Source: a virus (Duplodnaviria; Caudoviricetes). From it: a DNA stretch of 48,391 nt. The stretch covers positions 1 to 48,391 of the IMG/VR virus record IMGVR_UViG_3300018080_003867; one strand, written 5' to 3'. Made by a program: the position numbers and the translations under genes. The notes beneath the pieces were generated by a model. That model saw nothing but the letters and a program-made list of their open reading frames with translations, was not told the origin of the DNA and did not search any database. The first letter of the stretch is position 1, and every line of letters starts with the position of its first letter. Of this stretch, positions 19,312 through 28,523 are shown piece by piece.

Positions 19312-20241
19312 ATGGCAGACACACTAGATAAACGTTACAGGCCTCAAGTGTTTGGCGATGTAATCGGCAATGTGAGTGCATTAAAGAGCATTCAGCTAGC
19401 ACTCGAACGTCCTACTGGGTTTTATGCCTCTACACTGCTCTGTGGTCCAAGTGGATGCGGGAAAACAACGATAGCTCGCCTCATTGCCTATGAACTAGGT
19501 GCACGTTCTGATTCTGGCTTGAAAGAACTTAATATCAGTGATATGCGCGGGATTGATGCGGCTAGGATGATTATTGATATGGTTAGGGTGCCTACGTGGG
19601 GCAATGAATGCCGTGTGATTATCCTAAACGAATGCCATAAAGCTACTAAAGAGTTTCAAAACGCAATGCTTGAAATCCTAGAGGAACCACCCCAGGGCAC
19701 TTATTTTATATTGTGCACTACTGAACCCGAAAAGTTACTCAAATCGGTGAAAAATAGGTGTATGGTCTTTCCAGTCAAGAAAATCCAGACGCAATCATTG
19801 ATCCCACTACTTGCCAAAATTGCTAAAGCTGAAAAGCTAAAAATTGGATCTGATGTAATTAAGGCCATAGCCCAAAATGCCGGAGGTAGCCCACGACAGG
19901 CCTTGGTGATGTTAGATGCCATTATGGAGCTCAAAGATAAAAAAGAACAACTTGAGTTAATTGTGGGATATCATTACAATGAGAGTAATGTTTGGCAACT
20001 ATATCAGGCAGTTACCTACAAAAAGCCATGGAAAGATGTTGCTGAACTCATTAAAGGGTTAAATGCAACCAGTGCAGAGGACGTGCGTTTTGCCTTGCTT
20101 GCGCTTTTGGAGCGGGATATATTGGCGGGCAATAAGAATGCAAACCGGGCAGTCACTATGCTAGATTTTTTTGCAAGTAGTTTCCAGATGACAGGTAGGC
20201 CGGGAATTACACAAGCATGTTGGCTAGCCTTAAAAGCTTAG
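19312..20241 (+). CDS. Clamp loader AAA+ subunit (DnaX gamma/tau-like)
   Basis: YRPQVFGDVIGN, GPSGCGKTT, NAMLEILEEPP, FILCTTEPEK, GSPR; start placed at MADTLD. Confidence 0.88.
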   Translation: MADTLDKRYRPQVFGDVIGNVSALKSIQLALERPTGFYASTLLCGPSGCGKTTIARLIAYELGARSDSGLKELNISDMRGIDAARMIIDMVRVPTWGNECRVIILNECHKATKEFQNAMLEILEEPPQGTYFILCTTEPEKLLKSVKNRCMVFPVKKIQTQSLIPLLAKIAKAEKLKIGSDVIKAIAQNAGGSPRQALVMLDAIMELKDKKEQLELIVGYHYNESNVWQLYQAVTYKKPWKDVAELIKGLNATSAEDVRFALLALLERDILAGNKNANRAVTMLDFFASSFQMTGRPGITQACWLALKA

Positions 20242-20248
20242 GCGTCTA

Positions 20249-20737
20249 ATGAATCGATCACTAGCGGCAGATATTAAAATAGACAAACTAAACCTCCCTA
20301 AAGAGTGGGAGGAGCATGCGGAAATATACCGCTATTGGGCTGAAGAGTACGCTTTGAGCACTCTAGAAAGAGATCAAGCAAAAGAACAGCTCGAGCTGAT
20401 TGCTGCAGACCTTGATTTGGCAATTAGAGCCGATCCCAAAGGGTACGATTTAGATAAAATTGCTGAAAGCGGCGTTAAATCTACTATCAAAATGCAACCA
20501 GAGCACCAAGACGCCCAAGAGAAATATAACCAGGCAAAATACAAGGCAACGCGAATGCAGGCCGCAAAAGATGCTATGGAGCATAGGCGGGATGCATTGA
20601 AAAGTCTTGAAAAGCTAGCTATAGCGGGGTTTTATACGGCCAACACGGCACCACCTGAAGCTGCGGTAAAAAAATCAAAAGCGCTGCGTGAAGAGTTTGC
20701 AAAACAGCGGAAACAAAAAAGAGCGCTGGTTAAGTAA
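20249..20737 (+). CDS. Helical protein, putative UvsY-like recombination mediator
   Basis: All-helical 162 aa protein starting DIKIDKLNL..EW; located near the SSB and RecA genes. Confidence 0.5.
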   Translation: MNRSLAADIKIDKLNLPKEWEEHAEIYRYWAEEYALSTLERDQAKEQLELIAADLDLAIRADPKGYDLDKIAESGVKSTIKMQPEHQDAQEKYNQAKYKATRMQAAKDAMEHRRDALKSLEKLAIAGFYTANTAPPEAAVKKSKALREEFAKQRKQKRALVK

Positions 20738-20980
20738 ATGGATCCGTTATTTGGTCCATTAATTACCAAATTGGCCGAAATGGGAGCGGGCTACCTTGCT
20801 GCAGCATTAACCGTAGCGCTCTACATAATGGAGCGCAAGCGAAACACGGAACTAATTGATAGGCTGCATAAATTGAGTGTAGCAAGCTTAGAGGCGAATC
20901 AAGAGCATACTCAAATGTACGGATCGATTAACAAAGCCTTATCAGTGCTAGTGGATATTATCAAACGTGAGACACGATAG
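20738..20980 (+). CDS. Small membrane protein (one TM helix plus coiled coil; holin-like)
   Basis: GAGYLAAALTVALYIM followed by ERKRN and a heptad-like tail. Confidence 0.5.
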   Translation: MDPLFGPLITKLAEMGAGYLAAALTVALYIMERKRNTELIDRLHKLSVASLEANQEHTQMYGSINKALSVLVDIIKRETR

Positions 20981-21302
20981 ATTAGGGGATATATTGATTG
21001 CTTATGATGCGATCACCGATCAACAGTTATCGATTGTTCTACATGAGCAGCAAAGGTGTAATATCAGACTGGGGGATGTTTTGCGGCTAAAACAGGTAAT
21101 TAGCGAAGGTCAGCTAAAACATGCATTAGCTGTGCAAAATGACTTGCGGAGCAAAAACCGACATAAACGTGCTCTAGCACTAGCTGATATGGCTATAAAT
21201 ACATATACTCGTAAACGCGCTATTGACAAACGTAAAGAATTGCGTTCAAAAGCAGATAGAATATCAGACGAATATCCCACACTATTTAGCAAAAAAGGAT
21301 GA
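20967..21302 (+). CDS. Stand-alone MshEN-domain protein (putative c-di-GMP binder)
   Basis: Two 24-aa RLGxxL...LxxxLxxQ motifs joined by a 5-aa linker. Confidence 0.75.
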   Translation: MRHDRLGDILIAYDAITDQQLSIVLHEQQRCNIRLGDVLRLKQVISEGQLKHALAVQNDLRSKNRHKRALALADMAINTYTRKRAIDKRKELRSKADRISDEYPTLFSKKG

Positions 21303-21306
21303 AAAA

Positions 21307-22671
21307 ATGGATTCAAGGGAAGCTAGGCGCCGGGCATTTATAGCACGGCATCAAAAAAGTATACAAAAAAATGAGGGCGGGGGGCTAGGGTTTTTCAAAC
21401 AAAACCTTGAGGGGGTGAAATTCTGGAAGTGCGGCAAGGGCGACCACGAGCTTGACATCATTGAGTATGTGGCAGGTCCCAACGATCCCGATGTAAAAGA
21501 GGGGGAAATTACTCATGTGCTTGAAGTTTATGAACATCGGGATGTTGGGGACATTGAGGGTCAATCTTTTATTTGCCTCGAGAAAACATATCAAAAACCC
21601 TGTCCCATTTGTGAGTATCGAAAGCAATTGGCGAAAAGCCCGGAAGCTAGCGAGGAGGTTATTAAAGCTCTACGGCCTAACCGATACCCCCGCACGATTT
21701 ACAACGTGGTAGTTTATGACAGTGCGGCAGAGGAGGAAAAGGGCGTGCAGGTATGGCACACCTCCGCATTTTTGTTTGGCCAGCACATTGATAAACTGGC
21801 CAAGAGCTCCCCCCGCGATATCCGCAGAGGTGAGCCTGAACTTAAAATGTATTCCAGCCCTGATGAGGATGGGTATTCGATCCAATTCTCCCGAGAGGGT
21901 GATGGCATATCTACCAAATATATGGCGCACCAATTGGTACCCAGGCCTGATCCCATACCCCAGGAATACTTAGATCAAGCCCATCAGTTAGACCAACTGA
22001 TTTACATCCCTACGTATGAGGAGGTGTATGCTGCATTTTGGGGTGAGGATGCTGACAGCAAAGCGTTAGAGAGGTCTACAGGGCAAAAAAGCACACATTC
22101 AGCTAAAGAACAAACTGGCGCCAGCAGGTCTTCTCGGTCAAGCCGCAAGGCTCAGACTGAAAACAAACCCTCAACTAGGGGGCGCAGTACATCCCGCAAA
22201 ACAAAACCAGAGCCAGAAACTGATGATTTTGGCCCAGAAGACGAATTGCCTGAAAGTCTCAAATCCAAAAGTGATAATGGCGAGCACGTATGCCCGGCCG
22301 GGGGGGTTTTTGGCGAGGATGCTTACGAGCTTGAGCAGTGCGATACATGCGATTTATGGGAGCCCTGCTACAAGCTTAATCAAGATCTAGTGGCAGAAGA
22401 CGGAGCTGCACACATTGCAGATGAAGAAGAGGTGCAAGAGGACCTGCCGCCCGTAGAGGAACCTCCTAAAAGGGCGCCTAGAGCGGCTAGGAGCCGCAAG
22501 GCAGCAAGTGCCAAAACTGATGAAGGATCTAATGGCAGGCGTGCACGCAGATCGGCTACTGAAGATAATGAACGTCCTGCGCGAGCTGCGGGCAGGTCTT
22601 CACGTAGAGCAAGTCCACCAAGCCGAACACGTACGGCCGGCCGCGCAAGGGGTCGCGGCTTAGTGCGTTGA
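21307..22671 (+). CDS. gp32-like single-stranded DNA-binding protein with a long C-terminal extension
   Basis: H..., FICL....KPCPICE, YNVVV, GVQVW pattern; sits directly upstream of recA; start placed at MDSREARRR. Confidence 0.7.
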   Translation: MDSREARRRAFIARHQKSIQKNEGGGLGFFKQNLEGVKFWKCGKGDHELDIIEYVAGPNDPDVKEGEITHVLEVYEHRDVGDIEGQSFICLEKTYQKPCPICEYRKQLAKSPEASEEVIKALRPNRYPRTIYNVVVYDSAAEEEKGVQVWHTSAFLFGQHIDKLAKSSPRDIRRGEPELKMYSSPDEDGYSIQFSREGDGISTKYMAHQLVPRPDPIPQEYLDQAHQLDQLIYIPTYEEVYAAFWGEDADSKALERSTGQKSTHSAKEQTGASRSSRSSRKAQTENKPSTRGRSTSRKTKPEPETDDFGPEDELPESLKSKSDNGEHVCPAGGVFGEDAYELEQCDTCDLWEPCYKLNQDLVAEDGAAHIADEEEVQEDLPPVEEPPKRAPRAARSRKAASAKTDEGSNGRRARRSATEDNERPARAAGRSSRRASPPSRTRTAGRARGRGLVR

Positions 22672-22714
22672 TTACCCTTTCCCTGCCTATTTTATCCCAT
22701 ACTCGAGGATCTAC

Positions 22715-23833
22715 ATGCCACGCCGAAAGCTTGTTCATAATCCTAAACGGTCGGTTGAAAAGAAACAACAGCCTAGTAAAACCAAGACTTCCAAGAGACT
22801 GGCTGAAATAGATGATGCAATAAGAAATCGAAAGATAACTAAAGATGATATCATCAACACGGGGGATTTTGAACGGGGGGTAATTAGCACGGGTAGCACC
22901 TTGCTTGATCTGGCGATAAGTGCCAATAGGGTACATGGTGGGGGCATTCCTGCAGGGGTCATTCTTGAAATTTTTGGACCTAGTTCGAGCGGGAAAACGG
23001 CTGTGCTGGCAGAGATAGGGGCGAGTGTGAAGAGCAAAGGAGGTGTGGTCACGTATGATGATCCTGAGGCAAGGCTTGACACAGCCTATGCAGCAAGGTG
23101 TGGATTAAAGCTTGAGCCAGATGAATATAATAGGCCTGAAACGGTAGATCAGCTAGAAGAGGACCTTTTTAAGTGGGAACCAAAGCCATCTAAGAAAAAT
23201 ACTATTTGCGCAAGGTGTGAAGATAGCTTAGCTGCGTTTTCAACCAATGCGGAAATTATCGATGATCACAAAATGGCAGCCGCAAAGCGTGCCCAAAAAT
23301 TTCATGAACTGTTTCGGAAGCTTGCACGAAAAATAAAGGGGGAAGGTTGGATTATAGCCTGCTCGAATCAAGAGCAAGAAAGTTTTGGGGGCATGGGGGC
23401 TAAGACAACCCCGGGGGGCAATGCAATCAAGTATTATGCCTCAATTCGTATTCGAGTATCGCGGGATATCAAAGGGGGTAAGCTCAAAAAGACATGGAAA
23501 TTATCAAAATCGACTGTAGAAAAGGTTATCGGGATAAAATCGATCGCTCGAGTAATCAAAAACTCCTGTGACGATCCATTTAGAGAAGTGCCTATCTACA
23601 TCATTTTTGGGCAGGGTATTGATGATATAAGAGGTAATTTGCAGTGGTTAAAAGATACGCTTTCATTGGATGCATATGACTGTATTGACCAATCTTTTGC
23701 CAAAATTGAACCTGCGATAAGATACATTGAGCAGTACGACCTAGAAAATGAGCTTAGAGAAAAAGTAATAGAGCTCTACAACCAGATTGAAGATCATTTC
23801 AGAACGGAGCGAAAGCCGAAAGTCAGGTTTTAA
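22715..23833 (+). CDS. recA: RecA/UvsX-like recombinase
   Basis: ISTGSTLLDLAI, EIFGPSSSGKT, DSLAA, NQ, TTPGGNAIKYYASIRI, VIKN. Confidence 0.93.
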   Translation: MPRRKLVHNPKRSVEKKQQPSKTKTSKRLAEIDDAIRNRKITKDDIINTGDFERGVISTGSTLLDLAISANRVHGGGIPAGVILEIFGPSSSGKTAVLAEIGASVKSKGGVVTYDDPEARLDTAYAARCGLKLEPDEYNRPETVDQLEEDLFKWEPKPSKKNTICARCEDSLAAFSTNAEIIDDHKMAAAKRAQKFHELFRKLARKIKGEGWIIACSNQEQESFGGMGAKTTPGGNAIKYYASIRIRVSRDIKGGKLKKTWKLSKSTVEKVIGIKSIARVIKNSCDDPFREVPIYIIFGQGIDDIRGNLQWLKDTLSLDAYDCIDQSFAKIEPAIRYIEQYDLENELREKVIELYNQIEDHFRTERKPKVRF

Positions 23834-24741
23834 TGTCCAATGAACCCAGGTATGTAGTTATTGCTGATGTGCATTCGATAGGCTATGCGGTTTTTCATGC
23901 AATGGGGGAGCTTGATTATCACGGCATTCGTACTGGGGTTATTTACGGGTTTTTTTACCAACTGTTAACGCTCGCTACAAAATTCAACACATCTCAATTT
24001 GTGTTTTGTTGGGATAGTCGCAAGAGCATTCGAAAGCTGCTTTATAAGGGTTATAAACAGCGACCAAAAAACAATAGCAAGGAACTTACAACCGGGGAAG
24101 TGCTTGACCGAGAAGCCTTTTATAAACAATTAGGCGATATTCGTAAGACCTGGCTACCTAAATTAGGGTTTCATAACAATTTCTTGTATGCTGGGCTGGA
24201 GGCTGACGACACAATAGTGTTGGTGCTTAAAAACGGAGTGTATCCTAGAGAATGGATCAACACACACTGGATCATTGTCAGTACAGATCGAGATCTTTAT
24301 CAATTGCTTGCCCCAAACGTTTCGATTTACGCAAATAAAGAGCTTTTTACTTATCAAAAATTCATTCAGAAATATGGGATATACCCGAAATACTGGAATA
24401 GGGCGAAAGCTTTAGGAGGGTGTAACAGCGACACGGTAGAAGGGATCCCTGGTATAGCCGATCCTGCTAAAAGCGAAAACAGCAGAGCTCTACAGTATCT
24501 TAGGGGTGAACTCAAGGGGGCCTATCTTGAGCGAATTGAATGTGAGGAGGGTAAACGCATCTATAAACGAAATCTTAAACTGGTAACATTGCCTATTGTG
24601 AGATTTTTGCAACCTACAATGCGCTATGATACGTTCAAACTAGATGATTTTGTCGATATGTTCGACACGTTAGATTTCAGAAGTTTTTTCAAAGAGGATA
24701 CCTTTTCGAAATGGATCCATTATTTTGGGTTGAGAAAATAG
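23833..24741 (+). CDS. 5'-3' exonuclease/flap endonuclease (T4 RNase H/T5 D15-like)
   Basis: FCWDS...RK..Y..YK, LEADD, STDRDLYQL, ALGG..SDTVEGIPG. Confidence 0.9.
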   Translation: MSNEPRYVVIADVHSIGYAVFHAMGELDYHGIRTGVIYGFFYQLLTLATKFNTSQFVFCWDSRKSIRKLLYKGYKQRPKNNSKELTTGEVLDREAFYKQLGDIRKTWLPKLGFHNNFLYAGLEADDTIVLVLKNGVYPREWINTHWIIVSTDRDLYQLLAPNVSIYANKELFTYQKFIQKYGIYPKYWNRAKALGGCNSDTVEGIPGIADPAKSENSRALQYLRGELKGAYLERIECEEGKRIYKRNLKLVTLPIVRFLQPTMRYDTFKLDDFVDMFDTLDFRSFFKEDTFSKWIHYFGLRK

Positions 24742-24752
24742 CGGGCTACTTA

Positions 24753-25364
24753 ATGGGCAGCAAGACCAAAGGTAATGTGTGGGAACGTGAGTGCGCCAAA
24801 CGGTTAAGTTTATGGCTGAGTGATAACGAGCGGGATGATTTAGTGTGGCGGACTGCGAGCAGTGGGGGCCGGTTTACGCAACGAAAGAAGCGCGGACAAT
24901 CAACGTGCAACCAAGCCGGCGATCTGTGTGCAACCGATCCGAGTAGTCAGTATTTTTTTGATTACATACTGGTTGAGTGCAAAATTGGGTACACTCAAAA
25001 GAAAAACAAGAAATCAACCAGTGCTACTATTAGCGTGCTACAAGGTTTGGATAAACAAGAGGACACCAAAGACCCCCTTTTGTTGCAGTGGTGGGAAAAG
25101 GTTACAAAAGAACGGGATAATACAGGAAGGAAGCATGCTTTAATTATCTTCAAGCGTAATAAAAAAAGACCATGTGTTTTAGTAGAAAAAAGCCTAATCC
25201 TCGAACTATCGGCCTATAATGGGCAGTATCGGCATAATGTTATCTTGCTAAAATTCGATAAATATCCCATACTGACAATCTGTGATTTTGAGACATGGTT
25301 GGACTGGTGTTCACCACAATCTTTTAAAACACTGCAAAGCGCATGGTTGAAAAATACAATGTAA
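24753..25364 (+). CDS. PD-(D/E)xK Holliday junction resolvase-like nuclease
   Basis: SKTKGNVWERECAKRLSLW, RTASSGG, GDL, LVECK; start placed at MGSK. Confidence 0.75.
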   Translation: MGSKTKGNVWERECAKRLSLWLSDNERDDLVWRTASSGGRFTQRKKRGQSTCNQAGDLCATDPSSQYFFDYILVECKIGYTQKKNKKSTSATISVLQGLDKQEDTKDPLLLQWWEKVTKERDNTGRKHALIIFKRNKKRPCVLVEKSLILELSAYNGQYRHNVILLKFDKYPILTICDFETWLDWCSPQSFKTLQSAWLKNTM

Positions 25365-25915
25365 TCTATGCTGATCCTCCATGGACGTATCACAATACTG
25401 GTGTCAATGGTTCGGCAAGCTCTAAGTATCCTCAGCTAACAGATGAAGCCATCAAAACCCTACCAGTAAAGACTATTGCTGCGGAAAACGCTGCTCTTTT
25501 TTTGTGGGTTACCTTCCCAAAATTAGTAGAGGGATTATCTGTGTTGCGTTCATGGGGTTTTATGTTTAAAACTGTGGCGTTTGTTTGGGTTAAATTTAAT
25601 TTGAGGGTTAATACCCTATTCATGGGACCAGGATTTTACACTAGGGCAAACTGTGAAATATGCTTATTAGGCGTAAGGGGCCGGTTACCAAGGCTTTCGA
25701 AATCAGTGCATTCAGTCATATTTGCTAAGCGAAAAAAGCACTCTAGAAAGCCAGGAGTGACTCGAAAGAGGATAGAAAAACTTTATGGTGACCTCCCAAG
25801 AATCGAGCTTTTTGCTACCGAATCTTGCCCTGGCTGGATATCAACAGGTTTTGATGTTGATGGGGTAGATATTCGAGATTTTTTGATTGATAAGGAGTAT
25901 TGGAAGTATGGGTAA
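25343..25915 (+). CDS. MT-A70 family adenine methyltransferase
   Basis: IYADPPW, LFLWVT, FVWVK, YTRANCE, HSRKP, RIELFA. Confidence 0.92.
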   Translation: MVEKYNVIYADPPWTYHNTGVNGSASSKYPQLTDEAIKTLPVKTIAAENAALFLWVTFPKLVEGLSVLRSWGFMFKTVAFVWVKFNLRVNTLFMGPGFYTRANCEICLLGVRGRLPRLSKSVHSVIFAKRKKHSRKPGVTRKRIEKLYGDLPRIELFATESCPGWISTGFDVDGVDIRDFLIDKEYWKYG

Positions 25916-26147
25916 GGATGATATGGACAGAGCATTTGATGTTACTAGGGATTACCATGTGCCCCCAGGAAATTTAGAGAAATACACACCGAGGTCATTT
26001 GCTGATCCTATTCGCTATTATGAAAAGAGTGATGGGGAAGATCCTGGTTTTTATTTTTTTGAGGAAACCTGGTGTGATTGTCATGGTCCTTATGTACTGC
26101 TAGAAGACTGTGAGAAAGCTTTAGGAGAGTATGCCAAGAATTTATAA
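25908..26147 (+). CDS. Hypothetical protein
   Basis: AAGGAG RBS upstream of MGKDD; contains GFYFFEETW...GPY. Confidence 0.6.
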   Translation: MGKDDMDRAFDVTRDYHVPPGNLEKYTPRSFADPIRYYEKSDGEDPGFYFFEETWCDCHGPYVLLEDCEKALGEYAKNL

Positions 26148-26170
26148 CAAATGTAACAAGGTGGGGATTA

Positions 26171-27286
26171 ATGCTAAAAAAACTAACACTAGTTAATTTT
26201 AGAAGCCATAAACACACAGTAATCGAATTTTCTGAGGGGGTTAATGTTATTGTTGGCCGCGGGCAAGCGGGCAAGACGAACATAAAACGAGCTTTAGAGT
26301 GGCTATGCACTAACCGACCGAGAGGGGATAAGATGCATAGCCATTGGTGCCAAAAAGGGGATGTAACGCGGGTTGAGGTGCAGACGACAGAAGGCTATAT
26401 TATTGAGATTAGTAAAGCTGTAGGAGATAGTGTAGAGTTTAGGTTGCAATACCCTGAAGGGCGTCAAGCGCATTGGGCCAAAACCAATAGTCAGGTCCCT
26501 GATAAAGTTATCGAGGCTCTAAACGTGTGTGAGCTCAATATTCAGCATCAACTAGATCAACCGTATCTTATTACTGCAGGCACTGGGGAAGTATCGAGAG
26601 CGGTTAATCAAGCAGTAGACCTTGACCAAGCTGATCAATGGGTAACAGATATCAACAAACGGCGCAAAAACAACGCAGCGACAATTACAACCCTTGCAGG
26701 TCAGCTCGATCAAACTAAAACGCGTCTTAATGCTTACGAAGTGCTGCCAGCTACATACGATTTAATTGAGAGAGCAATGCATATCCGTAACGCGTTGGAT
26801 AAATGCAAACGTGAGTCTCAAAATCTGGACGTGATGATTACCAAAGCTGAACAAGCAAAAGTGCATTTAAACAGGCTAGCTGAGGTAAGCACTCTAGATA
26901 ATTTATTAGGAGCCGCACTAACTACACAGAGCACTTTATCAAAAATAGAGGATACGCAGCATTTGGTGGGGCAGATTTTGCAAGACATTCAGGAATCACA
27001 GCAAGTGTTAGATAACCTAACATCATGTGGGATATTAGAGCAGCTTATTGGGCGCATCGACAAAATACGAGATAGGCGCAAGGATGTAACTAAAAAAGCT
27101 GTGCTATGCGAAAAAGTGATACTAGCCGCAGACGAACTAGATCAGTGTGAGGCAGATTTAACCGAGGAAAGCGAGGTGTATGTGAACATGTTGGATGAAT
27201 TGGGTGTGTGTCCTACGTGCTTTACTCCGGTTGATGATGAGACATTAGATTATGTGATCGAGGGGCTTCGAGGTGAATCATTATGA
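26171..27286 (+). CDS. SbcC/Rad50-like ATPase, N-terminal half only
   Basis: LVNFRSH, GVNVIVGRGQAGKT (Walker A), Q-loop QHQLD, coiled coil, ends just after the CPTC zinc hook. Confidence 0.85.
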   Translation: MLKKLTLVNFRSHKHTVIEFSEGVNVIVGRGQAGKTNIKRALEWLCTNRPRGDKMHSHWCQKGDVTRVEVQTTEGYIIEISKAVGDSVEFRLQYPEGRQAHWAKTNSQVPDKVIEALNVCELNIQHQLDQPYLITAGTGEVSRAVNQAVDLDQADQWVTDINKRRKNNAATITTLAGQLDQTKTRLNAYEVLPATYDLIERAMHIRNALDKCKRESQNLDVMITKAEQAKVHLNRLAEVSTLDNLLGAALTTQSTLSKIEDTQHLVGQILQDIQESQQVLDNLTSCGILEQLIGRIDKIRDRRKDVTKKAVLCEKVILAADELDQCEADLTEESEVYVNMLDELGVCPTCFTPVDDETLDYVIEGLRGESL

Positions 27287-28254
27287 ATTTTGTACTATGT
27301 GGTGATTGTCATTTTACAAGCCAACAACCTGTATCTAGATTGGATAATGTGTTAGAGGCCAGTATTAATAAGTGGAGCTCTATTCTGCAATTTGCTTTAC
27401 AGCATGAAGCCGCAGTGCTTATTGCTGGGGATTTTTGCGATAAACCTCGAGATTGGTATTTGTTGCCGAGATTAATGTCAGTGATGGCGCAATACCGGAA
27501 GGTCAATGTCTACGCGGTTTACGGTCAACACGACATGTACATGCGGAGCGAGGGGGGGCGGGAAGCCACCAATTTAGGTGTGCTAGCCAAGGCGGGAATG
27601 ATCAAAATATTGGATAAGAAAGGGGCGTGGTTTGGAGCGGGAAAACCAGCAAAACCGTGGTGTGTCCGTGGGTGTCATTGGGGAGAAGAAATCCCCACAA
27701 TCGAGAAGGATAACTTAAGCCAGCGATATGAGCCACGGTATGCTTTAGTGATCCATGCCTCTATTGCCAAAGAAGCTGTCTATCCAGGTCATAGCTACAT
27801 TAAAGTAGGTGACCTTATTAAGATGTACCCTGAATATGAGCTTATCATGTGCGGGGACGTTCACCGGCGGTTTTTAGCTGTGGGGCCGGATAAACAGTTG
27901 ATAATCAATTCAGGGCCTATCATGCGTTTAGAGGCAAACGACTACAACATGAATCTAAACCCATCAGTGCTTTTTTACTCTACAGATACGGGCAAATATG
28001 AGTGGCATCAATTGCCTGCGGCACGTGGGCGGGATGTGCTTAGTCGCGATCATATTCAGGCAAGGGAGGACCGCAAGATGTTGCTTGACACGTTTATCGC
28101 ATCGATTGATAAATCAACCCAAATTTGCAGAACGCGAGTGGTCGATCGGGTAATTGATTGGATTAATCAAAATGAGGAGCAGTACCCAGAAGTTGCACAT
28201 CTACTAGACGACATTTGCGGATTACAAAAGGTGAGTAATGGACAATTGGGCTGA
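27283..28254 (+). CDS. SbcD/Mre11-like metallophosphoesterase nuclease
   Basis: GDCH, AGDFCD, GQHD, GDVH, NSGP motifs. Confidence 0.88.
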   Translation: MNFVLCGDCHFTSQQPVSRLDNVLEASINKWSSILQFALQHEAAVLIAGDFCDKPRDWYLLPRLMSVMAQYRKVNVYAVYGQHDMYMRSEGGREATNLGVLAKAGMIKILDKKGAWFGAGKPAKPWCVRGCHWGEEIPTIEKDNLSQRYEPRYALVIHASIAKEAVYPGHSYIKVGDLIKMYPEYELIMCGDVHRRFLAVGPDKQLIINSGPIMRLEANDYNMNLNPSVLFYSTDTGKYEWHQLPAARGRDVLSRDHIQAREDRKMLLDTFIASIDKSTQICRTRVVDRVIDWINQNEEQYPEVAHLLDDICGLQKVSNGQLG

Positions 28255-28435
28255 AATAGTAAAAGTCAAAGCCTTAACGGACAAAGCGATCTTAGTTGAG
28301 TATGAGACATTGGAGGTATGGATCGCAGATAGTTTGATCCATGATGATTCTGAGATTTATAAAAAGAGCGAAGTAGGGGAGGAAGGGATATTAGTGATCC
28401 CCAACTGGCTGGCAGAGCAAAAAGGGTTGCTTTGA
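28238..28435 (+). CDS. Small hypothetical phage protein
   Basis: TDKAILV...EVWIADSLI...LVIPNWLAEQKGL; overlaps the sbcD-like stop. Confidence 0.7.
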   Translation: MDNWAEIVKVKALTDKAILVEYETLEVWIADSLIHDDSEIYKKSEVGEEGILVIPNWLAEQKGLL

Positions 28436-28476
28436 CGTTTAAAACATACTGTAATGAGAGTCCTAGCGCGACTCTA

Positions 28477-28523
28477 GGGGCCTCACATTGACCAATGGTG
28501 GTTAGTGTGGGGCTCCTTTTTTT
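28477..28523 (+). terminator. Rho-independent terminator ending the replication operon
   Basis: 18-bp stem with GU pairs, GGGGCCTCACATTGACCA/TGGTTAGTGTGGGGCTCC, followed by T7. Confidence 0.8.
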
